DNA from: Phycisphaeraceae bacterium
Lineage (GTDB): Bacteria > Planctomycetota > Phycisphaerae > Phycisphaerales > Zrk34
Length of the DNA: 64,000 nt
NCBI GenBank assembly: GCA_040905565.1
Contig: JBBDRF010000082.1
Span: 9,234-73,233, forward strand
Direction: 5' to 3'
The translations under genes were made by a program, and so were the position numbers. The notes beneath the pieces were generated by a model. That model saw only the letters and a program-made list of their open reading frames with translations, ran no database searches and was not told the DNA's origin. Below are positions 47,673 through 62,946 of the stretch, piece by piece (position 1 is the stretch's first letter; every line of letters starts with the position of its first letter).

Positions 47673-48568
47673 GGAAGAGCCGCCGTCTTTTTACGTCGAG
47701 AGTCAAGAAACCAGAGCGAACCCAGCGTCGCCGCCATCGCGATAACTGTCAGCAGGCCCCCCAGCCTCAGCACCGTCCACGCTGCCACCACGTACTCCCC
47801 GGCGTCGGGATCGTAAGCCAGGCAGCGCCAGAGCACCTGGTCGACGAGCGTGCCGATCTGTCCGTCCGAAGCTTCCACCAGCGATCGCCTCAAAGTGGCC
47901 GGCTCGTGGTGGATGCCGTGGAGATAGCGTGAAATTCGGCCGTCGGGCGTGACCACGATCAGCGCGGCGGCGTGGGCGTATTCGTTTTTCTCTTCGACCC
48001 ACTTGTAACCAAACCCGACGGATTCGGTCAGTGCGGTGATATTCGCCTGGTCGCCCGTGAGGAAGCTCCATCCCTCCTTCGCGTGTTCCCGGTCGATCGC
48101 GGAGATCGAAGCCTCGCGGTAGCGGGCAGCCAGTTCGGGGCCCTCGTCCGGCGCGAAGCTGACGGTGAGGACGGTGAACTCTTCGCCGGGCGTCCAGTCC
48201 ATCTTGCCGAGCACGTCGACGAGCCCCTGCGAGGAAAGCTGGCAGAGCATCGGGCACTTGAAGTACATGAGATTGAAGACGACGGGCTTGCCGGCTTCGA
48301 AATACTCCGAGAGCTGAACCTCCTGGCCCTCCGAATCGGTGAACACCAAGTTGCGCGGCACGCGTTCGCCGAGCTTCTCGACGATGTCGATGCCTTCGAG
48401 CTGGCGCGAGGGCGACTGGTCCGCCAGTTGTCCCCACGCTGGACCGGTCAAGGCGAGCATCAGCAGCATCATGATCGCGGGGAACACGAAACGCCTGGTC
48501 ACACGGTGACGCGGCATTGCGGGACGCAGGCTGTCGGCCGTCGGATTGTGCGCTTGAGGGGATTTCAT
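47669..48568 (-). CDS. SCO family copper chaperone
   Basis: YFKCPMLC (CxxxC), WSFLTG, EYAH, ISRYL.G, C-terminal TM helix. Confidence 0.92.
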   Translation of the reverse strand: MKSPQAHNPTADSLRPAMPRHRVTRRFVFPAIMMLLMLALTGPAWGQLADQSPSRQLEGIDIVEKLGERVPRNLVFTDSEGQEVQLSEYFEAGKPVVFNLMYFKCPMLCQLSSQGLVDVLGKMDWTPGEEFTVLTVSFAPDEGPELAARYREASISAIDREHAKEGWSFLTGDQANITALTESVGFGYKWVEEKNEYAHAAALIVVTPDGRISRYLHGIHHEPATLRRSLVEASDGQIGTLVDQVLWRCLAYDPDAGEYVVAAWTVLRLGGLLTVIAMAATLGSLWFLDSRRKKTAALP

Positions 48569-48624
48569 CGCTTCACGAGGGGTTGGAGGTCGGGGGCCCA
48601 GTTCGTTACGTTTTTCACAATATC

Positions 48625-48951
48625 TCAGGGATTGGATTCTAGGCGACGTTGGAGATAAAGGTCCATGGCGGCGTCGATGGGAATCGCGGCGAGATCGTGC
48701 TCGGGCACCCGCAGCCGTGCTTCGGTCAGCCGGCGCTGCTCGTGCTCGCGGTAACGCTGCACCTGAGCCGGGACTTCGCGGTACACCGTCTCCTGGGTGT
48801 ACGCCTGTTCAAAGCGGAAGTACCACGCCTGAACGGCGAACACCGCTACCACGATCAGCAGCACCGTGACGATGCCGACCACCGTGATGATCTGCACGTT
48901 CAGTCCGCCCGGCGTTCCGTGCGTTGTATGATCCAAGTCGTCAGCAGCCAT
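48625..48951 (-). CDS. Small single-TM protein, probable ACIII subunit ActG
   Basis: One TM helix, IPIDAAM motif, position between actF and sco. Confidence 0.65.
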   Translation of the reverse strand: MAADDLDHTTHGTPGGLNVQIITVVGIVTVLLIVVAVFAVQAWYFRFEQAYTQETVYREVPAQVQRYREHEQRRLTEARLRVPEHDLAAIPIDAAMDLYLQRRLESNP

Positions 48952-48990
48952 ATCGCACCTGGGCCTCCTCGGCCCGATCGAGTTTCAAGC

Positions 48991-50229
48991 TCAGTAGTTC
49001 TCAAGCGCCAGCGATTCGCTCAGCCTCGGATCACGCGTCGGCAGCAGGCTTCGTTCGCCCGCCAGCTTCGCCACGCCTGCGATCCACAGTCCGCCGATGC
49101 CCACGATGCACAGCACTTCCACGATGATCGGCATGTGCCCCAGCTTCAGCTCGGGCATCACCAGCCAGTAGTGGTCGACCGCGTGGGCGACGAGCATCCA
49201 CACCGCCCAGAACGCCAGCCAGCCTGTGTGCCGCTTGGTCCAGCGTGAAAGTTGCCCGGCGAAGGGGATCAGGAAGTGGAAGAACAGCAGGAACAGTGAG
49301 ACGACCGCCCAGCCCGCAGCGGGGGGCATCGTGTCGGGGTTCGTCGTGGCACCACGGGTGGCGTACCAGTTGGCGACCTCGGGGATGCGTGCGTACCAGA
49401 TCAGCATGTACTGGCTGAAGGCGATGTAGCCCCAGAAGAACGTGAAGCCGAAGAGGAACTTGCCGAGGTCGTGGTAGTGTTCGATGGTGACGGCCTGCTT
49501 CATCAGGCCGTTGCGTTGCAGGAAGCGGAGCATGAGGATGATGGCGGCGAAGAAGCCGATCAGCCCGCCGGCGAAGAAGTACACGCCGAAGATGGTCGAG
49601 TACCAGTGTGCGTCGAGGGTCATGAACAGATCCATCGGCATGAACATGACGACGATGCCGAAGACGACGAGCGCGAGGCCGCTCCACCACTGCATGCGGT
49701 GGGTTGCTTCGGTGCCGCCGTTCTCGTCCTGGGCCAGGGACTGATGCCAGAACCACCATGCGAGCGAGACGAGGATGGCGAAGTAGATGATGATGCGGAC
49801 GACGAAGAACGGGAGATTCAGCCAGGCGGTCTTGCCGAGGATGACCACGTCTTCGCCGGGGTGGACCCAGTGGTGGTAGATGTGGGGCGCGAGGATGAGG
49901 ATCGGCACCGCCAGGATCGCCAGCAGCATCAGGTTGGCGGCCATGACTTCCGCAAGTCGACGGACGACCACGGACCAGCCGGCGCGCACCAGATGTTGGA
50001 TGATCACGAAGAACAGGGCGCCGACGGAGATGCTCAGGAAGATCCCGAACGCCGTCAGGTACGCCAGGCCGAAGCGGGTGAGCCCGCCATCGACAAAGAA
50101 ACTGATGATGATCGCCACCGCCAGCGCGACGATGCCTACGCCGCCGGCCAAAACGACAATCCGCCCGCCCAGGTCTCCCAGGTGGTGCTTCTCGCCTTCC
50201 AGGCTTGTGCTTTGATGGCCGTCGCTCAC
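48991..50229 (-). CDS. actF: Alternative complex III subunit F
   Basis: HLVRAGWSVVVRR..E, LNLPFF..R, HWYSTIFG, HYHDLGKFLF, FWGYIAFSQYMLIWYA.IPE, P.RDPRL.ESL. Confidence 0.9.
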   Translation of the reverse strand: MSDGHQSTSLEGEKHHLGDLGGRIVVLAGGVGIVALAVAIIISFFVDGGLTRFGLAYLTAFGIFLSISVGALFFVIIQHLVRAGWSVVVRRLAEVMAANLMLLAILAVPILILAPHIYHHWVHPGEDVVILGKTAWLNLPFFVVRIIIYFAILVSLAWWFWHQSLAQDENGGTEATHRMQWWSGLALVVFGIVVMFMPMDLFMTLDAHWYSTIFGVYFFAGGLIGFFAAIILMLRFLQRNGLMKQAVTIEHYHDLGKFLFGFTFFWGYIAFSQYMLIWYARIPEVANWYATRGATTNPDTMPPAAGWAVVSLFLLFFHFLIPFAGQLSRWTKRHTGWLAFWAVWMLVAHAVDHYWLVMPELKLGHMPIIVEVLCIVGIGGLWIAGVAKLAGERSLLPTRDPRLSESLALENY

Positions 50230-50269
50230 GTTCCGCTCTCCGCGTAGGGTGTCTTTGTCCTGCAACGAA

Positions 50270-51478
50270 TCAGTTTTCTTCGTCGTTGCTGTCTGTCTCG
50301 TCGGTGCCCAGTGACTTCACATAAGCCATCAACGCCACGACCTCGTCATCAGTAAGGGGCATGGGCGGCATCATCCGGGGAGGCCCGAAATCTTCCACGA
50401 TGAGCGCCTGCGGAACCTTCAGCGACTCGACGAAGTATGCCTCGTCAACCTCAACCGTTTCGATCGGTCCGCCAATGCCCCGATGGACCTGCCGCTCCTC
50501 ACCGAAGATACCACCGACGAAGCTGGGGCCCGGCAACGGGTTCACCACCGGGGTGTCCGCATCCACCTGATGGCAGGTAAAGCAGATTTTCGTCTGAAAC
50601 AGCTGCTGACCTTGCGCGATCAGTTCGGGGTCCTGCAGTTCGCCTTCTTCAACCTCGACCTCGCCGCCTTCTGTTGCGGCACTGGCGATGGGGTCGATCG
50701 CTTCGCCCAACTGCCCTACTTCCGCGGGCACCTCGGCGACGGGAAGACTTTGGGAAAGCTGAAGCGTTTTGACGTACGCCACAACGGCCCAGCGGTCTTC
50801 AACAGTAAGCTGCTGGTTGTAGGCGGGCATCGTTCGGATGCCCTCGCTGATGACGTGGAAGAGCTTGCCTGCGGCATAATCCTCGCCGCCGTAGAGCAGG
50901 TCGCCGGCGGGCGAAAGGGCGTGCAGGTTCACCGGGGGCACCCAGCTGGGCGCGGGGGCGTCGGTGCCTTCACGTGCCGCGGCTTCGTTGAGCGCCTGCA
51001 CGCGGCGATGCGTCAGGCCGTCGCCATAACCCGCTGCACCGTGGCAGGTGGCGCAGGCGATGTTGAAACGTTCCTGCCCGCGCTGAAGCAGTTCACGGCT
51101 GACCTGGATCTGATCGGGCAGATCGTCGTAATAGGCCAGCTGTTCGCCGTCCATGACGGGTTCGAAGCTGTTGTCGGTTTCGTAGCCGCGGTAAAAATGA
51201 TCATCCTCACGCAGTTCCCCACGTGCGACAGTGCTCTCGACAGGCAGACGCATGCCCCGGCCGTCTGCGAACAGAGGCGACGGCTGCTGGGCCTCGATGC
51301 GAGGCTGCACGCCCATGTCCTGGAAGAGCTGAATCCGCTGCCGATTGGACTTTTCAACGCGCGCCAACGCGATCAGCGACAGGGGGACCCAGCTGCCCAC
51401 GACACTGATGATGATGACATACACCAGCCAGGCGGGGATCGGCGGCAGCTTACTTCTATTTCGGTTTGCCTCAGCCAT
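50270..51478 (-). CDS. actE: Alternative complex III subunit E with extra C-terminal cytochrome c (two CxxCH)
   Basis: DM..QP, FADGRGMR.PV..TVARG, RGQERFNIACATCHG, G.RTMP.Y, DRWAVVAYV; second domain CFTCH...MMP. Confidence 0.88.
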   Translation of the reverse strand: MAEANRNRSKLPPIPAWLVYVIIISVVGSWVPLSLIALARVEKSNRQRIQLFQDMGVQPRIEAQQPSPLFADGRGMRLPVESTVARGELREDDHFYRGYETDNSFEPVMDGEQLAYYDDLPDQIQVSRELLQRGQERFNIACATCHGAAGYGDGLTHRRVQALNEAAAREGTDAPAPSWVPPVNLHALSPAGDLLYGGEDYAAGKLFHVISEGIRTMPAYNQQLTVEDRWAVVAYVKTLQLSQSLPVAEVPAEVGQLGEAIDPIASAATEGGEVEVEEGELQDPELIAQGQQLFQTKICFTCHQVDADTPVVNPLPGPSFVGGIFGEERQVHRGIGGPIETVEVDEAYFVESLKVPQALIVEDFGPPRMMPPMPLTDDEVVALMAYVKSLGTDETDSNDEEN

Positions 51479-51479
51479 A

Positions 51480-52091
51480 TCAGTCCTCCAGCTCCTCGAT
51501 CGTCAGTGCCCCGGTCTCCCGGAGGAGCTGTTGCGTGCGCTCGCGGTCGAATTGATCGTCGTCCGCTTCGATCCCGATGAAAAACCGATCCTGCGTCGCC
51601 CGCGCGAACCGTTCACTGGTGAACACCGGATGATGAAAACGCGGCAGCAGATTCAGCACCAGCATCCCCACCACCGCCATGATGGCGCTGAAGAGAATTG
51701 TCAGTTCGAAGACAGGCGGAATGTTCGCCGGCAGCGAGAAGAACGGCTTGCCGGAGACGATGTAGTCGTAACCCCGCAGAGCGTGGGGCATGCCTTCGAT
51801 GCTGGTGGCGTTGGTGTACCACACGAGGAACAGCCCGCCGAGGCAGCCGCTGATCCCCGCGACGAGCACCAGCCACGGCAGAATGGTCGGCTTGTGCCCC
51901 ATCGCCTTGTCCAGGCCATGCACCGGGAACGGCGTGTAGGCCTCCCAGCGGCTGTAGCCGGCATCCCGCACGCGCTCCGCCGCCTTCTTCAGCGACGTCA
52001 CGTTGTCGTACTCGCCGAGCAGGCCGTAGAGTTCGGACTCGTGCATCTCTTCCGTTTCCGACATATTCGGTGAATCGACCATGGTCATCAT
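51480..52091 (-). CDS. actD: Alternative complex III subunit D (DUF3341)
   Basis: [45 protein letters not shown] overlap with actC. Confidence 0.9.
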   Translation of the reverse strand: MMTMVDSPNMSETEEMHESELYGLLGEYDNVTSLKKAAERVRDAGYSRWEAYTPFPVHGLDKAMGHKPTILPWLVLVAGISGCLGGLFLVWYTNATSIEGMPHALRGYDYIVSGKPFFSLPANIPPVFELTILFSAIMAVVGMLVLNLLPRFHHPVFTSERFARATQDRFFIGIEADDDQFDRERTQQLLRETGALTIEELED

Positions 52092-53605
52092 CGCCCCTCC
52101 GCGTCGTCGCTGCCGGGTTTGCTGTCGAGCGCCCGCTGCTCGCCGCGCTGTTCGTGCGTCGTGCCCGCAGCACCGTAGCCTTCGTGGCCATGCGCCTGAG
52201 GCATGACGGCTTTCACCTCGGCGATGTTCACGATCGGCAGGAACCGCACGAACAACAGGAACAGCGTGAAGAACAGCCCGAAGCTGCCGGCGAACATGCC
52301 GATGTCCACCCACGTGGGCCAGTAGCTGCCCCACGCTGAGGGCATGAAGTCACGCGTCAGCGAGGTGATGATAATGACGAACCGTTCGAACCACATGCCC
52401 ACCGTCACCACTGCGGAGACGAAGAAAAGCCAGACCATGTTGTTGCGGAGCGATTTGATCCACAGCGTCTGCGGGATGAACAGGTTGCACGTGATCATCA
52501 TCCAGAACGACCAGGCGTAAGGCCCGAACGCACGGTTGTAGAATGTGAACTGTTCGAAGGTGTTCTGCGAATACCAGGCGACGAAGAACTCGGTCATATA
52601 CGCCAGGCCGACGATCAGCCCCGTCGCGAGCATGATCTTCGCCATGTTTTCCATGTGGCGATTGGTGATCACGTCGTGCAACCCGAACCAGACGCGGCAG
52701 GGAATGACGAGCAGGATCACCATCGCGAAGCCGCCGAACACGGCACCGGCCACGAAGTAAGGCGGGAAGACGGTCGTGTGCCAACCGGGCAACTGCGAAA
52801 CGGCGAAGTCGAAACTCACCACGCTATGCACGCTGAGCACCAGCGGTGTGGCGAGGGCGGCCAGCAGCAGATAAGCGCGTTCGTAACGGTGCCAGTGACG
52901 GTTGGAGCCGCGCCAGCCGAGTGCGAAGATGCCGTAGGCGAAGGTGGCGATTTTGCGGCCGCTTTGCCGGGCACGGTCACGCAGCGTCGCGAGGTCGGGG
53001 ATCATGCCCATGTACCAGAACAGCAGCGAGACGGTGAAGTACGTGCCGACGGCGAAAACGTCCCAAAGCAGCGGTGAGCGGAACTGCGGCCACATGCCCA
53101 TCTGGTTGGGATACGGGAACATCCAGTAAGGGAGCCACGGCCGACCGATATGGATGCCCGGCCAGATCAACGCACAGATCACGGCGAAGATGGTCATCGC
53201 CTCGGCGAACCGGTTGATACTCGTGCGCCAGTTCTGCCGGAACAGGAACAGAATCGCGGAGATGAGCGTGCCTGCGTGGCCGATGCCGACCCAGAACACG
53301 AAGTTGACGATGGGGAAGCCCCACGCGACGGGGACGTTGTTGCCCCACACCCCGACGCCCGTGAAGAACAGGTACAGGATCAACGCATGCAGCAGGCCCG
53401 CCAGCGACACCGCAGCGGCGAAGGCCACCCACCACGTCAGCGGCGGGCTGTTCTCGTTGATCTGGCACACACGTTGCGTCACCGACGCGAAGTCGTGATC
53501 GCCGAGCACCAGTGGTGGACGCTCGATCGTGATGTCCACCGTATTGTCCGGCGTTCTCGCGGCCTCGTCGGCAGCAGCCGAGTCTGTAAGTCTAATCGTC
53601 GCCAT
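52088..53605 (-). CDS. actC: Alternative complex III subunit C (NrfD/PsrC family quinol-oxidising subunit)
   Basis: [86 protein letters not shown]. Confidence 0.95.
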   Translation of the reverse strand: MATIRLTDSAAADEAARTPDNTVDITIERPPLVLGDHDFASVTQRVCQINENSPPLTWWVAFAAAVSLAGLLHALILYLFFTGVGVWGNNVPVAWGFPIVNFVFWVGIGHAGTLISAILFLFRQNWRTSINRFAEAMTIFAVICALIWPGIHIGRPWLPYWMFPYPNQMGMWPQFRSPLLWDVFAVGTYFTVSLLFWYMGMIPDLATLRDRARQSGRKIATFAYGIFALGWRGSNRHWHRYERAYLLLAALATPLVLSVHSVVSFDFAVSQLPGWHTTVFPPYFVAGAVFGGFAMVILLVIPCRVWFGLHDVITNRHMENMAKIMLATGLIVGLAYMTEFFVAWYSQNTFEQFTFYNRAFGPYAWSFWMMITCNLFIPQTLWIKSLRNNMVWLFFVSAVVTVGMWFERFVIIITSLTRDFMPSAWGSYWPTWVDIGMFAGSFGLFFTLFLLFVRFLPIVNIAEVKAVMPQAHGHEGYGAAGTTHEQRGEQRALDSKPGSDDAEGR

Positions 53606-53678
53606 AGCTTCAGGGCTCTTTTACCTGGTTTATGCCTCGTGTCTCTGAGCCGCCCTTCGGAGCGGTCACGGCAGACGC

Positions 53679-56788
<3,110 letters not shown>

Positions 56789-56801
<13 letters not shown>

Positions 56802-57541
56802 GAGGAGCAGTCCACCATCTGGCGAGGAGTACGCAGTCCGATTTCTTCAGCGAGCTGATGCCCAAGCTCCAGCCGCTGCTCTTCCGTTTGATCCAGCCCC
56901 CACATCAGGTTCGTCACCTCGTCCGCAGGCCTCAGGTGTTCCTCGGGATTGCGGTGACAATCCAGGCACCAGCCCATCGAAAGGGGCTTGACCTGGTGAA
57001 CGCGGTTTCGGCCCCCGTCCATCCGATCGACTCGGCCGTGGCACGAGACACAACTCACCCCGGCGTTCACGTGAATTGAATGATCGAAATAGGCATAGTC
57101 CGCCACATCGTGCACGCGGGTCCATTCGATCGGGTTCCCGCTCTCGAAGGCCTGCTGAATGCGGCTGACATCTTCCCGGCTACCGGTACGCGAGCCCTCA
57201 TCCACCGCATGATGGCAGTTCATGCACGTCGAAGTGGCCGGGATGGCGGCGAATGAAGCCTCCTCCACCGTGGTATGGCAGTAGCGGCAATCCATGCCCA
57301 GCTGCGTGACGTGGATTTCGTGGCTGAAGGCGACCGGCTGATCAGGCTGATAGCCGACCTGCGTCGTCGAAGGCGCCGCGGCAAAACCGACGAGCACCAC
57401 CAGATAAGGCACGCCGCCGATGATTCCCAGCACCAGTGCCGGCATGACGTAGTTGGACCAACGAGGGAATATCCCCCGCCGCTCTCCCGCGTCAGCGACA
57501 CCTTCACCGTCTTGTTCTGAGCCCGCTTGCTTATTCGCCAT
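56789..57541 (-). CDS. actA: Alternative complex III subunit A (pentaheme cytochrome c)
   Basis: TM helix, GYQPDQPV.FSH..H, five CxxCH motifs (CRYCH, CMNCH, CVSCH, CLDCH, CSSCH), PLSMGWC. Confidence 0.93.
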
Positions 57542-57757
57542 TGATCCCAACCCGTTTGTGAGATTTTTCACAAGGTCGGCCATTTTACACAATGCCCCGC
57601 AGGCGGTCAATCCACCCACAGCGTCCGACACCGTCCCTATTTTTCGCCCCGCAACGCAGTCGCCCACGATTGGGCCACACAGCCTAGCTAACTCACCAAG
57701 CCTTGCAAGGGGGCAGCTTACTGGATCACCCGACGTGTGGAAAACTTGCAGAAACGC

Positions 57758-58801
57758 TTACGTCGTCCAGCCGGCTTGCGGCTCAGTGTGGTCGAGGTGG
57801 CCTTCTTCGGCGAGGTAACGCTCAGCGTCGATGGCGGCGCGGCAGCCCATGCCGGCTGCGGTGACGGCCTGGCGGTAGATGGCGTCGGCGACGTCACCGG
57901 CGGCGAAGACGCCGGGGATGTTCGTGGCCGACCGGCCGCCGTCGGGGAAGGTCAGGTAGCCCGCGTCGTCCATGCCCAGGCCGCTGTCCTTAAGGAAGGC
58001 CGTGGCGGGCGTGTGGCCGATGGCGACGAACAGGCCTCGGATGTCGAGCGTGGATTCTTCGTCGGTTTCACGGTTGCGGAGCTTCAGGCCCGTCACATGC
58101 TCATCGCCGAGCACGTCTTCGACGACGGTATTCCAGATCACTTCGCACTTGGGATTGTTCAGCACGCGTGCCTGCATGACCTTGGAGGCCCGGAGTTCGT
58201 CACGGCGGTGAATGATGTAAACCTTTGAGCCGAACTTCGCGAGGAAGGACGCTTCTTCCATGGCCGTGTCGCCGCCGCCGATCACCGCCAGAGGCTGGTC
58301 GCGGAAGGCGGGGAGGGCGCCATCGCAAACGGCGCACGCGCTGACGCCGCCGCCGCTGGTCGCCAGACGCTGCTCGTTTTCAAGCCCAAGCCAGTTCGCC
58401 GTGGCGCCGGTGGCGATGATGACGGACTGAGCGTGGATGGTCTTTTCGTCGCCGCCTGAGTCGACGGTGCGGAGGACGAAGGGGCGTTCGGAGAAGTCAC
58501 ACTCGATGACATCCCGGCCCTCGACGCGGGTGCCGAACCGCTTGGCCTGCTTCTTGAAATCGTCCATCATCTGCGGCCCGGTCACGCCATCAGGGTAGCC
58601 GGGGTAGTTTTCGACCTCGGTGGTGAGCATGAGTTGCCCACCGGGGAGGATGGAGGCGGGGATTTGCTTGGGGATGCCTTCGAGGACGATCGGGTCGAGT
58701 TCCGCGCGGGCGGCGTAAATGGCCGCCGTCCAGCCGGCGGGGCCGCTGCCGATGATGACGACTTTCTCGAGATTGTCGGGGCTGGTGTTCGCGTCGGTCA
58801 T
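57758..58801 (-). CDS. trxB: Thioredoxin-disulfide reductase
   Basis: IIGSGPAGWTAAIYAARA, GGQLMLTTEVENYPG, GVSACAVCDG, GGGDTAMEEA, FVAIGH, GVFAAGDV, QAVTAAGMGC. Confidence 0.96.
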   Translation of the reverse strand: MTDANTSPDNLEKVVIIGSGPAGWTAAIYAARAELDPIVLEGIPKQIPASILPGGQLMLTTEVENYPGYPDGVTGPQMMDDFKKQAKRFGTRVEGRDVIECDFSERPFVLRTVDSGGDEKTIHAQSVIIATGATANWLGLENEQRLATSGGGVSACAVCDGALPAFRDQPLAVIGGGDTAMEEASFLAKFGSKVYIIHRRDELRASKVMQARVLNNPKCEVIWNTVVEDVLGDEHVTGLKLRNRETDEESTLDIRGLFVAIGHTPATAFLKDSGLGMDDAGYLTFPDGGRSATNIPGVFAAGDVADAIYRQAVTAAGMGCRAAIDAERYLAEEGHLDHTEPQAGWTT

Positions 58802-59129
58802 GATTGCACCGTAGGGGGTATAAATGGTGGGAGTTATTTCGGGGCTTCATGATAGCAGCAACGCACGCCCGGGCCACTGGCCCCCCCCCGCGCCCCCACC
58901 GCCGTCACGGCCCAGCGCGTTAACGGGCGATCGAAGATCGCCATGACTCCCCCAACCACATAGCACAAACCAACGGCGATCTACGATCGCCCGCTAACAT
59001 GGCTGTGCTGGATTGAGCGGTTGTATCTGATCGGCGACCGGGTGATAATGCGCCGATCGGCCCACAGGGTGCCGCGATGCCGCTCGCTTCAAGGAGTGAA
59101 GCGATCCCCGACAGGAGGTCCGCCCCACC

Positions 59130-62100
59130 ATGCGTCTGTCCAAGCTTACCCTCAACGGCTTCAAATCGTTCGCGGACAAGACGGAAATCGCCTTCTCCGC
59201 GCCGATGGTCGGCATCGTCGGGCCCAACGGCTGCGGCAAGAGCAACGTCGTCGACGCCATCAAATGGGTGCTCGGCGAACAGTCCGCCAAAAGCCTCCGC
59301 GGCGGCGCCATGCTCGATGTCATCTTCAACGGCTCCTCCGCTCGCAAACCGGCGGGCATGGCCTCGGTCACGCTTCACTTTGAAAACCTCGCGGATGATG
59401 AGGGCAAGCGTCGGCTTCCCTTCGAAACCGACGAAGTCACCGTGAACCGGCGCCTTTTCCGTGACGGCACCAGCGAATACCTGATCAACCGCAAGCGGGC
59501 GCGCCTTCGCGACATCCGCAACCTCTTCTACGACACAGGCATCGGCACCCAGGCCTACTGCATCATCGAGCAGGGCAAGGTTGATGCGATGCTGGTGAGC
59601 AATCCCGTTGACCGCCGCATGATCTTCGAAGAGGCGGCGGGCATCTCCAAGTTCAAAGCCCAGAAGAAGGAAGCCGCCCGCAAGCTCGATCGCACGGAGC
59701 AGAACCTGCTGCGTAGCCGGGACAAGCTCGAAGAAGTCCGCAAACGGCTGCGGTCGGTCAAGATTCAGGCGACCAAAGCGAAGAACTTTCAGGACTACGC
59801 CGAACGGCTGAAAATCCTTCGGCTGGAGCACGCGCTGGCGGACTATCACCGCCTGCGCGTCGAGCTTGATGAGCTGAACACGAACGTGACGGAGCTGGAG
59901 CAACAGCGTCAGCGGGCGGTGACGCAGCTGACAGCGGTCGAAGATCAACGCAGTGCCGCCGAGTCGGAACGCCAGCAGCTGATGAGCGAGCAGCGTGAGT
60001 TGGAACAGCAGCGTGTCCGCGTGGAATCGCAGCGTGATCAGGCACGCCAACGCCAGCAGTTTGCGGTGCGAACCCTCAACGAACTCGACGAATCCATCGA
60101 GCGCGAAAAGCAGCAGCAACAGGAGCTGGTGCAGAAAGTCGAACAGCTTGATCAGCAGGCAGCGGAGCAGCAGGAAGCCGTCGCCCGCTATCAGGAACAG
60201 CTTGAATCTTCGCAGTCGCGGATTGAAGCCGCCCAGGCGGAGCAGCGTGAGAAGCAGCACGCCCACAACGAAGCGCAGGCCCAGCTTGAGGACGAGAAGG
60301 CGGGCATCGTCACGCTGCTTCGGCGGACGACGGACCTGCATAATCGGATCAATTCGCTGGATCAGGAGCAGAAGAACCTCGCCACGCATCGCGAACGGCT
60401 GACCAGCCGGGCGGACGAACTTGCTGAGCAACTGGAAACACTGCTGACGCACCGCGACGATCTCACGGCCAAGCTCAAAGATGCCGACGCCCTGATCGAA
60501 ACCGAAAAGGCCCGGCTCGAAGAGCAGAAAACCGCCCTCGCCGACCTCTCCACGCAGCAGCGCGAGCTGGCGGAACGCCTCGCCACGGCCAAGGAAAAAC
60601 GCAGCGGCCTCGTCAGTCGTCAGTCGTTGCTGGACGAACTGGAACAGGCACAAACGGGCCTTGATGATGCGGTCAAAGCGATCCTCGCGCGCAAAGCGGC
60701 CGACGATTCGGCCTTCCCCTTCATCCGGGGCCTGCTTGCTGAACTCATCAGCACCGACGTCGACCGGGCGGCGGCGGTCGAAGCGGCCCTCGGCGAGCAT
60801 CAGCAGATGTTCGTCGCCGATCGGCTCGCGGACGTGCAGGCTGCGGGAGAAGAGCTGGATTCGCTGACCGGCCGGGTCACCATCGCTGCCCTCGATCAGA
60901 TCGAACCCGTCCGTTACGACGCCGACGAAGCTGCGAAAGATCGCCCCACGCTGATCGACCACGTCTGGTTCGATGCCGCCCTCGCCCCGCTCGCCTGGAA
61001 GCTGCTCGGCCGAACGCTGATCGCATCCGACCTTGATGAAGCGCTGGCCTTCCGAGCCGAGCTGCCGGGCGGCTATCGCTTCGTCACGCAACACGGCGAA
61101 GTGCTCGAAGCCGACGGCTGCATCTCCGTGGGGCCCATCGGCGAAGCGTCCGGCACCGGCCTCATCAGCAGGCGCAGCGAACTCGCGCAACTGCATACGG
61201 ACATCGCGGAACTCGACGAGCGCATCGAAGCGGATCAGCAGGCTCTCTCGCAGCTCTCAGATCGCGCCAGTCACGTTGAGAACGTCCAGCAGGAGCTTCG
61301 CCAGGCCATCTACGAAGCCAGCACCATCAAGGTCGAACTCACCAGCAAGCTTGAGCAGGCCGCCGACAGCATCGCCCGCATCGAGCGTGAACAGCCGACC
61401 ATCGCCGCCGAGGTCGAGCAGATTCACAACCAGATTCAAAACGCCGGCGAAAAGCGCGAAGCCCACGCCGCCGACGCCGCCGCTTTGGAGACTCAGGAGG
61501 CCGAATCACGTGAGCGCGTCGACGAAATTCAGCAGCAGCTTTCGGGCCTGAAGGAAGCTGCCGACGAAGCCGCCGAGCGCGTCACCGGCCTCCGCATCGA
61601 AGGCGGCAAGCTCTCCGAGCAACTCTCCGCCGCCCAGCGTCAGCACCGCCAGCTGGGCCTGGCCAAGGACGACGCCCAACGGCAGATGCAGCACGCTTCC
61701 CAACGCCTCAACCAGCACGAGCAGCGCATCGAACAGATGCAGCAGCAGCGGGACGAATCCGCTGAGCAGATCGAAAAATCCGAAGCGGCCTTCGCAGAGG
61801 TCTCCGAGCAGCTCACCGGCTTCACCGAGAAAATCGCCGACATCGCTGCCAATCTCGAACAGCTCAACCGCGCCCTCCGCGAGCATCGCAGCGAAGCCCA
61901 GCGGCACGACGGCCAACTCCACAAACACCAGGTCCGCCAACGCGAACTCGAAGTGCGGCTCGACGGCGTCCGCGAGCGGGCCTCCGAACAACTCTCCCTC
62001 GAGATCGAACAGGCCTACGAAGACTACGAGCCGCACGAAGTGGACTGGCCCGAACTCGAACGCGAGATTAAAGAGCTTCGCCAGAAGATCGACCGCCTCG

Positions 62101-62888
62101 GCAACGTGAACCTCGAAGCCATCGACGAACTCACCGAGCTCGAAAAGCGCGAGGAAGACCTCGGCAGCCAGCTTCAGGATGTCGAAGAGGCGCGCGACGA
62201 ACTGCAGCACCTCATCGCCTACCTCGATGAGGAATCTCGCAAACGCTTTGAGGAAACCTTCACGCAGATCCGCGAGCACTTCGCCGGGCCCGACGGCCTG
62301 TTCCGCAAACTCTTCGGCGGCGGCCGGGCCGACCTCATGCTCATGGCCGACGAAAACGGCGACACCGACTGGCTCGAAAGCGGCATCGAAGTCGTCGCCA
62401 AGCCCCCCGGCAAGGAACCGCAATCCATCCGCCTGCTCTCAGGCGGCGAGCGCACCATGGTCGCGGTCGCACTGCTGATGAGCATCTTCCGCTCACGCCC
62501 CAGCCCCTTCTGCGTGCTCGACGAAGTCGACGCGGCCCTCGATGAAATGAACGTCGACCGCTTCACCGAAGTGCTCCGAGGCTTCCTCGATTCCTCGCAC
62601 TTCATTCTGATCACGCACCACAAGCGGACCATGCAGGCGGCCGACCTGCTCTACGGCATCACCATGCCCATACGTGGCATCAGCAAGCAGGTCACGGTAA
62701 AATTTGAGCAGGTGGGTGCCGGAGGCAGGCTCAGCGACGACGCCGTCGCCGCCGCCGCCAACGCCCCCGCCCTGCCCGACGACGATGAAGACGACGAGCG
62801 TGAGCCAGCCCGCATCAACACCCAGTCCAGCGAAAAGCTGGCTCAACTCGCCGACGGACGCGCCCCCGTACAAGTGCGTCCATCATGA
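59130..62888 (+). CDS. smc: Chromosome segregation protein SMC
   Basis: [16 protein letters not shown], long coiled coils with hinge, [39 protein letters not shown]. Confidence 0.97.
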   Translation: MRLSKLTLNGFKSFADKTEIAFSAPMVGIVGPNGCGKSNVVDAIKWVLGEQSAKSLRGGAMLDVIFNGSSARKPAGMASVTLHFENLADDEGKRRLPFETDEVTVNRRLFRDGTSEYLINRKRARLRDIRNLFYDTGIGTQAYCIIEQGKVDAMLVSNPVDRRMIFEEAAGISKFKAQKKEAARKLDRTEQNLLRSRDKLEEVRKRLRSVKIQATKAKNFQDYAERLKILRLEHALADYHRLRVELDELNTNVTELEQQRQRAVTQLTAVEDQRSAAESERQQLMSEQRELEQQRVRVESQRDQARQRQQFAVRTLNELDESIEREKQQQQELVQKVEQLDQQAAEQQEAVARYQEQLESSQSRIEAAQAEQREKQHAHNEAQAQLEDEKAGIVTLLRRTTDLHNRINSLDQEQKNLATHRERLTSRADELAEQLETLLTHRDDLTAKLKDADALIETEKARLEEQKTALADLSTQQRELAERLATAKEKRSGLVSRQSLLDELEQAQTGLDDAVKAILARKAADDSAFPFIRGLLAELISTDVDRAAAVEAALGEHQQMFVADRLADVQAAGEELDSLTGRVTIAALDQIEPVRYDADEAAKDRPTLIDHVWFDAALAPLAWKLLGRTLIASDLDEALAFRAELPGGYRFVTQHGEVLEADGCISVGPIGEASGTGLISRRSELAQLHTDIAELDERIEADQQALSQLSDRASHVENVQQELRQAIYEASTIKVELTSKLEQAADSIARIEREQPTIAAEVEQIHNQIQNAGEKREAHAADAAALETQEAESRERVDEIQQQLSGLKEAADEAAERVTGLRIEGGKLSEQLSAAQRQHRQLGLAKDDAQRQMQHASQRLNQHEQRIEQMQQQRDESAEQIEKSEAAFAEVSEQLTGFTEKIADIAANLEQLNRALREHRSEAQRHDGQLHKHQVRQRELEVRLDGVRERASEQLSLEIEQAYEDYEPHEVDWPELEREIKELRQKIDRLGNVNLEAIDELTELEKREEDLGSQLQDVEEARDELQHLIAYLDEESRKRFEETFTQIREHFAGPDGLFRKLFGGGRADLMLMADENGDTDWLESGIEVVAKPPGKEPQSIRLLSGGERTMVAVALLMSIFRSRPSPFCVLDEVDAALDEMNVDRFTEVLRGFLDSSHFILITHHKRTMQAADLLYGITMPIRGISKQVTVKFEQVGAGGRLSDDAVAAAANAPALPDDDEDDEREPARINTQSSEKLAQLADGRAPVQVRPS

Positions 62889-62946
62889 CCCCAGCCCCGC
62901 CAGAGGGGTTTACCTTAAACCTCACACTGGCTAAAGTTCAGAGGCC

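Noticed and set aside
58920..61196. 758-aa minus-strand ORF
   Set aside because: Antisense shadow of smc; no motifs; long shadow ORFs are expected in high-GC DNA
59130..62888. SMC as a Wadjet/MksB-type defence system
   Set aside because: Canonical SMC head and hinge motifs; no jetABD or mks partners adjacent
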